Assembly (NCBI GenBank): GCA_026991555.1 | Contig: JALXBI010000050.1 | Location: 245 to 64,244, forward strand | Reading direction: 5' to 3' | Length of the DNA: 64,000 nt | From: Candidatus Aminicenantes bacterium | GTDB lineage: Bacteria; Acidobacteriota; Aminicenantia; S016-38 | Shown: positions 7,786 to 16,499 of the stretch, one piece after another | Numbering within the stretch: position 1 is the stretch's first letter | How the letters are laid out: every line of letters starts with the position of its first letter | Notes under the pieces: generated by a model | What the model was told of the DNA's origin: nothing | Seen by the model: the letters and a program-made list of their open reading frames with translations, nothing else | Database searches by the model: none | Position numbers and translations under genes: made by a program

Positions 7786-8360
7786 CAGTTATAATTGGGC
7801 ATTCGCCAGTTCTTTATTATTTTCCTCTGGTTCTCCCTATACCAATCCAGGTTTTCAATGTATTTTTTCCACCCATCTGCCTTTCCGCTGTCTATAAGCT
7901 CCTGAAGCCTCTTAAACCCGGCTAAGATGGCCTCGGGTCTGGGCATACATCCCGTAATCCAGACATCCACCGGAAGGTAAAGGTCCAGTCTGTTTATGGC
8001 ATTGTAGGAGTCGTAATACATTCCCCCGTTTATGGGACAGGCCCCTAAGGCCACCACATATTTGGGGGATTGCATCTGCTCGTAAACCCTTATGACCCTC
8101 TTAAGGGTTTTCACCGTGAGGTATCCGCTTATTATAAGAACATCTGCCTGACGGGGGGTCCCCACCATCCTCATGCCCAGCCTTTCGGCATCAAACCTGG
8201 AGGTGAAGGTGGGACGAAGTTCTATGGAACCGCAACCTGTCCCGTAGGCCACCACCCACAGGGACCTCGCCCTTGCCCAGTCGTTTATTTTTCTGAAAAC
8301 CCCACCGTAGGTCATTTTTTCTGGCTTTTCGTTCAGGAAATAATTTTTATCCTTTCCCAT
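7782..8360 (-). CDS. NuoB/hydrogenase small-subunit homologue (MbxJ-like), [4Fe-4S]
   Basis: GCGSIE...GTPRQADVLIISG...ALGACPINGG is the NuoB/group-4 small-subunit pattern. Confidence 0.8.
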   Translation of the reverse strand: MGKDKNYFLNEKPEKMTYGGVFRKINDWARARSLWVVAYGTGCGSIELRPTFTSRFDAERLGMRMVGTPRQADVLIISGYLTVKTLKRVIRVYEQMQSPKYVVALGACPINGGMYYDSYNAINRLDLYLPVDVWITGCMPRPEAILAGFKRLQELIDSGKADGWKKYIENLDWYRENQRKIIKNWRMPNYNW

Positions 8361-8363
8361 CTC

Positions 8364-9275
8364 TCACCTCACCAAATAAATCCTTACAAGGTCAATGAGC
8401 CCAAGCAGGCTTGGCCAGGTCCAGAAGAAAAGCACAGATTGCTCCAAGCGAAACCTGGGGAAAACATTGGTTATGAAAAGGGGCCACAGGAAAATCACGA
8501 AGGTTTTAACGAAAGCCCAGAGCAAATTGCTGGCCCCTCCTAAGAAAAGGTTCATGAAAAGGAGGTATTTGGCCACAGCGAAAACACTCCTTCCGGAAAA
8601 CATGTAGGAAAGGAAGGTGGAGCTATATTCTGTAGGAGGTCCTATGGCTATTTCCTGGGGAGCGAGAACCACCTGAAAGGGATAGGAACCCATCATTCCC
8701 AGGAGGCTTATGAAGGCCGCGGCTGCGGCAAAGGGATGGGTAAAGAGGTGCCAGTGGAGAATTCCTCCCTGCTGTGCCCTTACTATTCCTTCAATGGAGG
8801 TGGTCTTGTCCGCCACCATTAGGACCACCACAGAGATGACGAAGGGAAGTTCGTATCCCGCCATCTGGGAAAGTCCCCTGGTAACCCCTATGGGGGCGTG
8901 GGGATGACCGCTCTCTGCAGCCCCAAGGGCCATTCCTAAGCATCCCAGAACCATGAAATACATGAGGACTATCAGGTCACCGCCGAAGGAGAAATTGCTA
9001 AGATAGGGACTTCCCACCACAATGGGAACCAGAAGGAAGGTTCCGGCGCCTCCTACCAAGCGAAACATTGGGGCTAAGTAAAACATAACCCCGTGGGAAA
9101 TGGCAGTTTTCTTTCGGAATAGCTTCCAAAGGTCAATGAAATTCTGCCATATGGTCGGTCCCCTTCTGTTCTGCATCCTGGCGGTTATTTTCCTTGAAAC
9201 TCCGCCTAAGAAAAGCCCATAGGCAATCCCGCCCAGAAGGGCTAAAAATGCGTAAAATATCTTTGCCCACATCAT
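8364..9275 (-). CDS. NuoH/HyfC/MbxM-like membrane subunit
   Basis: RKITARMQNRRGPTIWQNFIDLWKLFRKK is the NuoH signature. Multiple TM segments. Confidence 0.75.
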   Translation of the reverse strand: MMWAKIFYAFLALLGGIAYGLFLGGVSRKITARMQNRRGPTIWQNFIDLWKLFRKKTAISHGVMFYLAPMFRLVGGAGTFLLVPIVVGSPYLSNFSFGGDLIVLMYFMVLGCLGMALGAAESGHPHAPIGVTRGLSQMAGYELPFVISVVVLMVADKTTSIEGIVRAQQGGILHWHLFTHPFAAAAAFISLLGMMGSYPFQVVLAPQEIAIGPPTEYSSTFLSYMFSGRSVFAVAKYLLFMNLFLGGASNLLWAFVKTFVIFLWPLFITNVFPRFRLEQSVLFFWTWPSLLGLIDLVRIYLVR

Positions 9276-12200
9276 TTCACCCCTGTAAAGGCATAAAGGA
9301 TAATGATTGAAATGAGAATCACATAGGCGGCGTAGGTGTTAACATCCCCTGTGTAAATTCTCCTTCCCATCTCAGCAAAGGCCCCAATCCATTCGTAAAT
9401 TCCCCTCCATATTTTGCTCACTAAAGGATAAATCAGCCATTTCACCGCCCTGCGGAAGTGGTCGTAAAGACCATAACCGAAGTGAAGGTCCTGCGGGGTG
9501 CGGGGAACCTCCCCTGAATAGCCCACATCCAGCTGACCTACCTTTCTTATTCTGGCCGAGGTGAGGGCGAAGAATACCAGGGCAAGGAGGAAGGAGCCCA
9601 CAAAGAAAACCATGAGGAAGAAGGCATTCCAGTGGCCGAGTTTAGAAACAATCCCCAGGGCCTTATGATAATGGAAACCTGGGTTTTCCATACCCGGAAT
9701 ACCGGAAAGAACTTTGTTTATCGGATTGAGAAGAAGATTGGGGAAAGCACCCAGAACTCCAAGAGGAATTAAAAGGATTACCTCCACCAAGGCTATTGGC
9801 CAGGGGGCTTCCTTTACATTCTCGTTTTCCTCCTGGAGCTGGCCCAAGAAAACCGCATGGAGAATCTTAAAGCAGTAAAGGAAGGCTAAGGTGGAGGCGA
9901 GAAAAGCCACCACGGTTATAAAAATCCATCCCTTCTCAATGAGGGCCGAATAAAGGAGCCATTTTGCTGCGAATCCCGAAAGGGGAGGAATCCCGGCTAA
10001 GGCTATTATGGCAAGAAGGGTGGCAAAGAAGGTAAGGGGCATTCTCCTTATAAGCCCTCCCATGTGGGGCAGGTAGGAGGTTCCTACCCTGTAAATTATC
10101 CCTGCTGCTGCCACGAATAGAAGTCCCTTGAAAATGAAATGGTTTACCGTATGGTAAAGGGCAGCGTTCCATCCTAAGGGAGTAAAAAGGGAAAGCCCTA
10201 TAAGGATATAGCCCACCTGTCCCACGGAGGAATAGGCAAGGAGTTTTTTAAGATCGTCCTGAAACACTGCAAGGAGGGTCATGAAAAAGGCGGTCAGTGC
10301 TCCAGCCCATCCAAGAAGGTAACGAAAACCTGCCCCGGAAAGAGCAGTAAGCACATAGAGGAAAACCAGGCCAGAGCCGAAAACCCCCATTTTGGACATT
10401 ATCCCGGAAAGCAGGGGCGTAAATTCGTCGGGACTTTCCCCGTAGGCATCCCTGGCCCATATGTGGAGCGGGGAGGTGGCCATTTTAACCAGGAAGGCTA
10501 AGGAAATAAGGACCGCTGGAAGAAGGCCGTAAAATTTACCCGGAGCCAAACTCAGGGAAGGAAGGAGGTAAATTCCCCCGAGCATGGCATAAGCCCCTGC
10601 TGCGGAAAATACCGCATAAATCCAGGCAGCCTTTTTCCCTTTTCCCATGTTTATAAGGAGGAAGGAAGCCCAGCTCATTATCTCCCAGAAAACGAATACC
10701 GAAAGCCAGGTGGTGGAAAGGACAAGCCCGGCCATGGAAAAGAGAACAACCAGGTAGGCAGGATAAAAGGATGAGGAAAGTTTTTTAGAGCCGGGATAGG
10801 TGGCCAAAAGAAGGACCGCACCTCCGAAAAGAACAAGGGCAAGGAAAAACCCGTGAAGGTCGGGTTTTATGTGCGGATAGAGGGAATATATCCCGTAGAC
10901 CAAAACCCCCAAGGAGGCTATCCACTGAAGCAGCCTTGAGGCTCCAAGGAAGTAAACCAGAAGGGAAATTCCAAGAAGGAGCAAAATTTCTGGTTTTACC
11001 GGAATGTGAATTTTATCGGTGAACATTCCCCAGACCACTGGCACAGAAGCAATAAGAATCAGGGAAGATATTAATGGAGAGGCCAGATTTCTTCCCACCT
11101 TCTTTCCTTCCCCCTCGGAGGCTATCCTGTAAAACCGGAAGTAATAAACCACCTCGGCCAGGGCCCCGAGAAGAACCAGCCCCACAACCCAGGAATAATT
11201 TCTGGGAATAGCGAAGATGAGAAGTATCTTGGCCCAGAATCCCGGGAAGGGAGGAACCCCTGCAATGGAGAAAACCGATGTGGAAAAGGAAAACTTGAAT
11301 ACGGGATTGGAGGCAAGAACACCCCTCCAGCCATCAATTTCCCTTTCCTTCACATTGTCCGCAAGGAGAAAGAGGGAGGACTTGGCGAAGGAGTGATTAA
11401 AGACCAGAAGGACCATGGCAAGGCCCATCATGAGCCTTGAGGACGAAGAGAACGAAGGATTCAGGAAAAATCCGGCTGCCAGAATCAGAAGTCCCAGCTG
11501 GGCCACCGAGGAATAACCGAGGAGCCTTCGGACATCCCTCTGCCTCCAGGCGAAAAACTGGCTTACTAAATAGGTCATCCCTCCAAAGAGAAGGGCCAAG
11601 TGGAAAAAGGAAAACAGGGGAAGATAATGGGCCGTTTTTACGAAAACCAGATAAAAGGCCTTTACCGCCGCCCCTGCCAGAAGGGCCACCACCACAGGGT
11701 CTGCCCCCTGATAAACATCTAAGGCCCAGCCGTTTACAGGGAAAACCTCCAGTTCAATAAGAAGCCCGGCAAGAATCATAAGGGTAATCAGGGCCAGAAC
11801 TGCGGAGGAAATTCCCCCGGCCAGCTTGCCGGCTATATCCAGCATGTTCAGGCTTCCGGTGGCCTTGTAAAGAAAAACCACTCCTAAAAGTATGAAGGTG
11901 GAACTTATGGAACCTATAACCATGTATTTAAAGGCAGCCTCAAGGGCCCTCTCATCCTTAGAAGAAGCCACAAGCCCGTAGGCTGCTATGGAAGTAATTT
12001 CCACGAAAACGAACAGGTTGAAAAAGTCTCCGGTGAAGCTTATCCCCGTGGCACCTAAGGAGAGAAGGAGAAACAGGATGAGAGCCTTCCCTTCGGGCTG
12101 GGGAAGCCCCCTTACGAACCAGTGTATAGCACCTAAAAGGGCAATGGTGAAAATTAGAAATCCTAAGGCAGCCTCCGCTTTTCCTACCAGCAGGTTAATT

Positions 12201-12415
12201 CCTATGGGAGGAGGGAAACCGCCAATCTTTACCAGGATGGGTTTTGCGATTTTGCCTGTGATAAAGCCATAGAAATTAAGCCCTGAGACTAAAAAGTCAA
12301 AGGCAAGGGTGAGGAAGAAGAAAACCCTTGCCCATATTCTGTTGTAAACCTGAAGTATGCCTATGAAGAAGGCCGAAGCTAACGTGACTCCGATTATAAT
12401 TATGGGATTTACCAT
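9272..12415 (-). CDS. fused tandem antiporter-like subunits (MrpD/NuoN-like plus MrpA/NuoL-like, equivalent to MbxH-MbxH')
   Basis: 1047 aa. There are two successive proton-pumping-subunit cores: LLGYSSVAQLGLLILA around residue 300 and LLAYSSVGQVGYILIG around residue 730. Each has about 14 TM segments. Confidence 0.75.
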   Translation of the reverse strand: MVNPIIIIGVTLASAFFIGILQVYNRIWARVFFFLTLAFDFLVSGLNFYGFITGKIAKPILVKIGGFPPPIGINLLVGKAEAALGFLIFTIALLGAIHWFVRGLPQPEGKALILFLLLSLGATGISFTGDFFNLFVFVEITSIAAYGLVASSKDERALEAAFKYMVIGSISSTFILLGVVFLYKATGSLNMLDIAGKLAGGISSAVLALITLMILAGLLIELEVFPVNGWALDVYQGADPVVVALLAGAAVKAFYLVFVKTAHYLPLFSFFHLALLFGGMTYLVSQFFAWRQRDVRRLLGYSSVAQLGLLILAAGFFLNPSFSSSSRLMMGLAMVLLVFNHSFAKSSLFLLADNVKEREIDGWRGVLASNPVFKFSFSTSVFSIAGVPPFPGFWAKILLIFAIPRNYSWVVGLVLLGALAEVVYYFRFYRIASEGEGKKVGRNLASPLISSLILIASVPVVWGMFTDKIHIPVKPEILLLLGISLLVYFLGASRLLQWIASLGVLVYGIYSLYPHIKPDLHGFFLALVLFGGAVLLLATYPGSKKLSSSFYPAYLVVLFSMAGLVLSTTWLSVFVFWEIMSWASFLLINMGKGKKAAWIYAVFSAAGAYAMLGGIYLLPSLSLAPGKFYGLLPAVLISLAFLVKMATSPLHIWARDAYGESPDEFTPLLSGIMSKMGVFGSGLVFLYVLTALSGAGFRYLLGWAGALTAFFMTLLAVFQDDLKKLLAYSSVGQVGYILIGLSLFTPLGWNAALYHTVNHFIFKGLLFVAAAGIIYRVGTSYLPHMGGLIRRMPLTFFATLLAIIALAGIPPLSGFAAKWLLYSALIEKGWIFITVVAFLASTLAFLYCFKILHAVFLGQLQEENENVKEAPWPIALVEVILLIPLGVLGAFPNLLLNPINKVLSGIPGMENPGFHYHKALGIVSKLGHWNAFFLMVFFVGSFLLALVFFALTSARIRKVGQLDVGYSGEVPRTPQDLHFGYGLYDHFRRAVKWLIYPLVSKIWRGIYEWIGAFAEMGRRIYTGDVNTYAAYVILISIIILYAFTGVK

Positions 12416-12762
12416 TTCAACTCCTTGTATTCTTCAATTTCAAGGGTTTTCTTTTTGGAATACATGAGCATTACAATGGAAAGGGCCACTGCAGTCACCG
12501 CCACCCCTATGACTATAGCCGTAAGGACCAGAGCCTGGGGAAGGGGATCCACCACCTTGGAGGATGTGTTAACCAGAAGGTCCTTGATGTTGACGATGGG
12601 AGCGGTCCTTCCGCGGATGAAACCTAATGAAATGATGAGCACATTAACTCCCGTGTCCATAAGGGAAAGCCCTATAACTATCTTCATTATGTTCCTTTTA
12701 ACCAAAACCGCATAAAGCCCTATGAGTATCAAGAGTATTGAAGCGACGAAGAAAGCCATCAT
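12409..12762 (-). CDS. MrpC/NuoK-like small membrane subunit
   Basis: 117 aa with three TM segments and the MnhC-like sequence pattern. Confidence 0.65.
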   Translation of the reverse strand: MMAFFVASILLILIGLYAVLVKRNIMKIVIGLSLMDTGVNVLIISLGFIRGRTAPIVNIKDLLVNTSSKVVDPLPQALVLTAIVIGVAVTAVALSIVMLMYSKKKTLEIEEYKELKW

Positions 12763-13451
12763 TCCTCCTTGGTGGTATTTATCATATCGGTTATAAGGCC
12801 CGAAAGTTCGGAGCCCACTTTAAACCCCACCGCCACATATATGAGTGGAATTACACCGGCAGAAAAAAGGCGGTTCCACTGACCCAGGGGAATTATGTTG
12901 TTGGCCAGAAAACTCCCACCCCAGATGAGGCCTGCAAAACCTATAAGAACGAAGGTAATTCCTGCAAGTCCCTCCACCGTGGAAAGGGCCCTGTGGTTGG
13001 GATGGAAGGTAAAGTGGGCAAGGAGCATCAGCATTACTGCAGAGGCAATGACCGTTCCTCCCTGGAACCCTCCCCCTGGGGTCAGGTGCCCGTGAATGAA
13101 TATGTAGGCACCGAAAAGAATAAGGAGAGGATAAAGGGTCTCGGAGGCAGTTTTGACGATGAGACTGGCCTCCCTTCTTTCGTATCTTCTCCTGCAACGG
13201 CATGTGGAAAGGAGGAAAGCCAGGGCAGTAGCCGCTAAGAAAAGCACGGTTACCTCGCCAAGGGTATCAAATCCCCTGTAGTTTACCACTATGGAGGTTA
13301 CCAGGTTGGAGCCACGGTTCTCCTCAATTCCCCTGTCCACATAATGCTTGGATACCCCCCACTTCTCCTTTCCGAAGGGAAAGGAGGAGGTTATTTTGGC
13401 CATAAAGAACCCGAGAAGGATGAGGAAAATTACCGCCAGCCATTTTCTCAT
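12759..13451 (-). CDS. MrpB/MnhB-domain membrane subunit
   Basis: LVTSIVVNYRGFDTLGEVTVLFLAA is the MnhB signature. Confidence 0.65.
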   Translation of the reverse strand: MRKWLAVIFLILLGFFMAKITSSFPFGKEKWGVSKHYVDRGIEENRGSNLVTSIVVNYRGFDTLGEVTVLFLAATALAFLLSTCRCRRRYERREASLIVKTASETLYPLLILFGAYIFIHGHLTPGGGFQGGTVIASAVMLMLLAHFTFHPNHRALSTVEGLAGITFVLIGFAGLIWGGSFLANNIIPLGQWNRLFSAGVIPLIYVAVGFKVGSELSGLITDMINTTKEE

Positions 13452-13693
13452 TTCTCATACCTCTCAGTTTTTCTTATGGCGATTATGAAAATAAGGGTGG
13501 TAAGTCCTGCACCTATGGCAGCTTCGGTCATGGCCACATCAGGAGCCTGAAGGTAAAGGTAAACTATGGAAGCCACCAAGGAAACGAAACCCGCTGCCAC
13601 CACCGCTGCCAGAAGGTCCTTGGTCTCCACAGCATATATGGCCAGACCCAGCATGAGGAAAAGAAGGAAAAGCATGAAATATTCAAGAATCAT
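13448..13693 (-). CDS. MbhD/MbxD-like small membrane subunit (MrpB N-terminal-like); start chosen at the internal Met
   Basis: The ORF track extends to 13798 but overlaps mrpG out of frame. MILEYFMLFLLFLMLGLAIY...AIGAGLTTLIF resembles a hydrogenase subunit-D/DUF4040 protein. Confidence 0.45.
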   Translation of the reverse strand: MILEYFMLFLLFLMLGLAIYAVETKDLLAAVVAAGFVSLVASIVYLYLQAPDVAMTEAAIGAGLTTLIFIIAIRKTERYEK

Positions 13694-14039
13694 TTTCCGC
13701 CTCCTTGAGTCCCCTTTCCTTATCCTCGGCATACCTGTCAAGAACAGAACCCTTGGCAAGGGGAATGCCTTTATTGTGGGAGGCCCTGGCCAGGGCATGG
13801 GAAGAGACAGGATTGGTAAGAAGGATGAAAAGGGAAATTATGGCCGTTTTAAAGAACCACTGGGGGTGGTAAATGCCAACCCCCATTATAAGGGAAAGGG
13901 CTCCTAAGGTTGTGGCCTTTGTTCCTGTCTGCATCCTGTTGTAAACATCAGGCATTCTGAGGAGCCCTATGCCTGCAAGAAACAGGAATAGGGACCCCAC
14001 CAGTATAAGAAACTCACCCAGGGCACGGTAAACCATCAA
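13683..14039 (-). CDS. MrpG/MnhG-like subunit
   Basis: RMPDVYNRMQTGTKATTLGA is the MnhG signature. Confidence 0.65.
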   Translation of the reverse strand: MMVYRALGEFLILVGSLFLFLAGIGLLRMPDVYNRMQTGTKATTLGALSLIMGVGIYHPQWFFKTAIISLFILLTNPVSSHALARASHNKGIPLAKGSVLDRYAEDKERGLKEAENDS

Positions 14040-14293
14040 ACACCTCCTTCTAAATACCGGGCAAGGGCTATAACCCCCAGGAAGGCAAGAACCGCATAAA
14101 CCAGGGCCACATCAAGGTAAATTGCCCTGTGGAAGATCTGGGAGAAAAGAACTATCATGGCCGTGGTTATGGTGGTGGCTGTATCCAGTCCCACTGCCCT
14201 GTCGGAAATGGTAGGCCCCTTCACAATCCTGTAAACCGCCAGCAAAGTGGCCAAACTAACAAGGGCGAAAACTATTATAAGGAGATTACTCAA
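14036..14293 (-). CDS. MrpF/MnhF-like subunit
   Basis: 85 aa, VYRIVKGPTISDRAVGLDT pattern. Confidence 0.65.
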   Translation of the reverse strand: MSNLLIIVFALVSLATLLAVYRIVKGPTISDRAVGLDTATTITTAMIVLFSQIFHRAIYLDVALVYAVLAFLGVIALARYLEGGV

Positions 14294-14771
14294 AGATCAC
14301 CTCCAGAAACCTCTCAAATCCCTTTACTATTTCCTGGGTGGCCGCTTCTATGTCCGGGCTTTTAACATCTATCCAGTGAATGTAAAGATACTGACCAACA
14401 ATATCAACGGAAAGGGTGCCCGGGGTCAGGGTTATGGAGTTGGCCAAAGCGAGTTTTCCTGCATTGGTTTTGAGCTTGGTTTTCACCTTCACTATACCCG
14501 GATTTATGGGAAGCCGGGGATTTACGACCCTGCTTGCCACATCCAGGTTTGCCTTTACCATGGCATAGAGGAAGTAGAAAAGGTAGATGAAGGCAAAAAC
14601 ATACCTTTTTGGCTGAAGCCATTTTTTAGGCTCAGGACCAGCCACCCCCGGGGCTATCATGCTAATGACCGCAGCGGTTATAAGGCCTACGGAAAGCTCC
14701 TGAGGGTCAAAGCTTCCGGTCATGGCCACCCAGAGGACGAAAAGCACAACTGTTGAAACGGCAACCTTCAT
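14286..14771 (-). CDS. MrpE/MnhE-like subunit
   Basis: 161 aa with two N-terminal TM segments and an MnhE-like C-terminal domain. Confidence 0.6.
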   Translation of the reverse strand: MKVAVSTVVLFVLWVAMTGSFDPQELSVGLITAAVISMIAPGVAGPEPKKWLQPKRYVFAFIYLFYFLYAMVKANLDVASRVVNPRLPINPGIVKVKTKLKTNAGKLALANSITLTPGTLSVDIVGQYLYIHWIDVKSPDIEAATQEIVKGFERFLEVIFE

Positions 14772-15397
14772 GCCACACTCCCTTTTTTAATCTTGTAGGC
14801 TAAATACTCTATTTCCGATGCTATTTCCACATAATTTATGACGACCCCTGGCGGGGTTTCTATTCCCTGAAGGGCAAAACTGAGAATTCCCCTTATCCCT
14901 GCCTTGGAGAGTAGGTTTACCGTCTCCTGAAGCCCCTCTGGGGGGATGGCAAGGACAGCAATTTGTGGTGCCTTTTCCCTGTAAAAGTTCTCAATTTCCC
15001 CTATATGTAAAACCTCCACCCCGTTTATCCTCTTTCCGATCTTTTTAGGGTTTCTGTCAAAGGCGGCCAGAACCTTAAAATAAGGTATCTCCCTCAGGTG
15101 GTGGATGAGGGCCCTGCCCAGGTTTCCGGCTCCCACAATTACAACTTTTATGGGTTCGTTTATTCCTATTATCTCCTCTATGGCCTTAGCGAGCTCCCCT
15201 ACCCTGTAGCCCTTCCCCCTGATGCCAAATTCACCAAAATAGGAAAGGTCCTTTCTCACCAAGGAGCCTGAGATACCGCAGCTTCGGGCAAGATCGGAAG
15301 ACTGGATCCATTCCTGGCCCTCAGCCTTAGCCTGGCGGAGACACCTGAGATAGGTGCTTAATCTCCTTATGCTAACTTCAGGTATGGTTATAGCCAT
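14768..15397 (-). CDS. rex: redox-sensing transcriptional repressor Rex (NADH/NAD+ sensor), first gene of the operon
   Basis: N-terminal wHTH IRRLSTYLRCL. Rossmann fold VVIVGAGNLGRAL plus a Rex C-terminal domain. Overlaps mrpE by 4 nt. Confidence 0.85.
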   Translation of the reverse strand: MAITIPEVSIRRLSTYLRCLRQAKAEGQEWIQSSDLARSCGISGSLVRKDLSYFGEFGIRGKGYRVGELAKAIEEIIGINEPIKVVIVGAGNLGRALIHHLREIPYFKVLAAFDRNPKKIGKRINGVEVLHIGEIENFYREKAPQIAVLAIPPEGLQETVNLLSKAGIRGILSFALQGIETPPGVVINYVEIASEIEYLAYKIKKGSVA

Positions 15398-15473
15398 TTT
15401 TCTTGTGAAAGTTCTAACTTAAACAAGGTGACTATGATACCACAAGATGAAAAAAAATCAAGGGTTTTTGTTT

Positions 15474-15501
15474 TTGACAATATCTATTAAAATATTATAA
15501 T
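15474..15501 (+). promoter_or_regulatory. sigma-70-like promoter (TTGACA, 16-nt spacer, TATAAT) for the histidine-kinase operon
   Basis: Exact consensus hexamers at 15474-15479 and 15496-15501, about 20 nt upstream of the HK start. Confidence 0.45.
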
Positions 15502-15518
15502 TTCTGCCCATAAAGGAA

Positions 15519-16499
15519 ATGCCAATGATTGAGCGCGATGGTCATAGCTGCCAGCTCATAATGGAAGTGCTGAATTCCTTACCGATAGGTATAGGAATAT
15601 TTGACAACAACAGGAAACTTCTCCTTTCAAACCAGGAATTCAGAAAGCTTCTCAAAAGCATTGAAAACCTGGAAATATTCTTCAAGGAGCCCCCAGCGGT
15701 TAACGAACTGTTCATATCCTCTATGAGCAAGATAACTGGTTTCTCCTCCTACAGAACACCCCATGGATGGTTCGTAATAACCAAGGACATAACCAGCAAA
15801 CATACAGATGAAAGCGAAGACAGAAAAATCCTTGAACTATTGGACCACCTATTCTCCATGGTGAGGCACGAGGTAGGGAATCCCATAAACACCATCAAAT
15901 TCTCCCTATCTGTCATGAAGGAAGATATAGACAGTTTTTCCAAGGAGAAGCTTCTGGAATACATAGATCGTCTCCTTGAGGAAATAGAACAGCTTGAAGA
16001 AATTCTCCGGGCAATGAAACGCTACAGCAATTACGGCTATGTAGTGATCAAAAAAGTTAATCTGAATGAAACTTTAAGAAAGGTCCTGAGAATTATGGAA
16101 AACGAGATACTGATGAAGGACATAAGCCTGAAAAGCAATCTTCCCTCCCGGGAAATCTTTGTAAAGGCTGACCCTACAGCACTAAATCAGGTGCTTACGA
16201 ACCTGTTGAGAAACTCCATAGAAGCTCTCGAAAACCACCAAGGTTACAAAAAACTCATAGAAGTCTTCGTTAAAACTGACGAGGAGTTTGCCCGCATATA
16301 CATAAAGGACACAGGTCCTGGGATTCCAGAGGAAATAAGGGAGAAGATTTTCTTTCCATTTTTCTCAACCAAAAGGAACGGTTCAGGGATGGGTTTAACC
16401 ATATCCAAGGGACTTATAACAGCCATGGACGGAAAGCTGGACATAAGAAATCATCCCGATGGAGCAATTGCCGAGGTATCTCTCAAATTGTGGAAATGA
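15519..16499 (+). CDS. soluble sensor histidine kinase (N-terminal PAS-like domain); true start probably the ATG at 15525
   Basis: H-box HEVGNPINTIKFS, N-box NLLRNSIEA, G-boxes DTGPGIP and GSGMGL. No TM segments. Confidence 0.8.
   Translation: MPMIERDGHSCQLIMEVLNSLPIGIGIFDNNRKLLLSNQEFRKLLKSIENLEIFFKEPPAVNELFISSMSKITGFSSYRTPHGWFVITKDITSKHTDESEDRKILELLDHLFSMVRHEVGNPINTIKFSLSVMKEDIDSFSKEKLLEYIDRLLEEIEQLEEILRAMKRYSNYGYVVIKKVNLNETLRKVLRIMENEILMKDISLKSNLPSREIFVKADPTALNQVLTNLLRNSIEALENHQGYKKLIEVFVKTDEEFARIYIKDTGPGIPEEIREKIFFPFFSTKRNGSGMGLTISKGLITAMDGKLDIRNHPDGAIAEVSLKLWK

Noticed and set aside
13448-13798. Long form of the small membrane ORF (116 aa) from the track
   Set aside because: Its first 35 codons overlap mrpG out of frame and are hydrophilic and Arg-rich. 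The internal Met start gives a typical MbhD-like hydrophobic protein.
15398-15520. Sigma-54 promoter for the rex-mbx operon in the rex/HK intergenic region
   Set aside because: No GG-N10-GC element with a TGGCAC/TTGC context was found on the minus strand. Only the plus-strand sigma-70 promoter and a Rex half-site are apparent.
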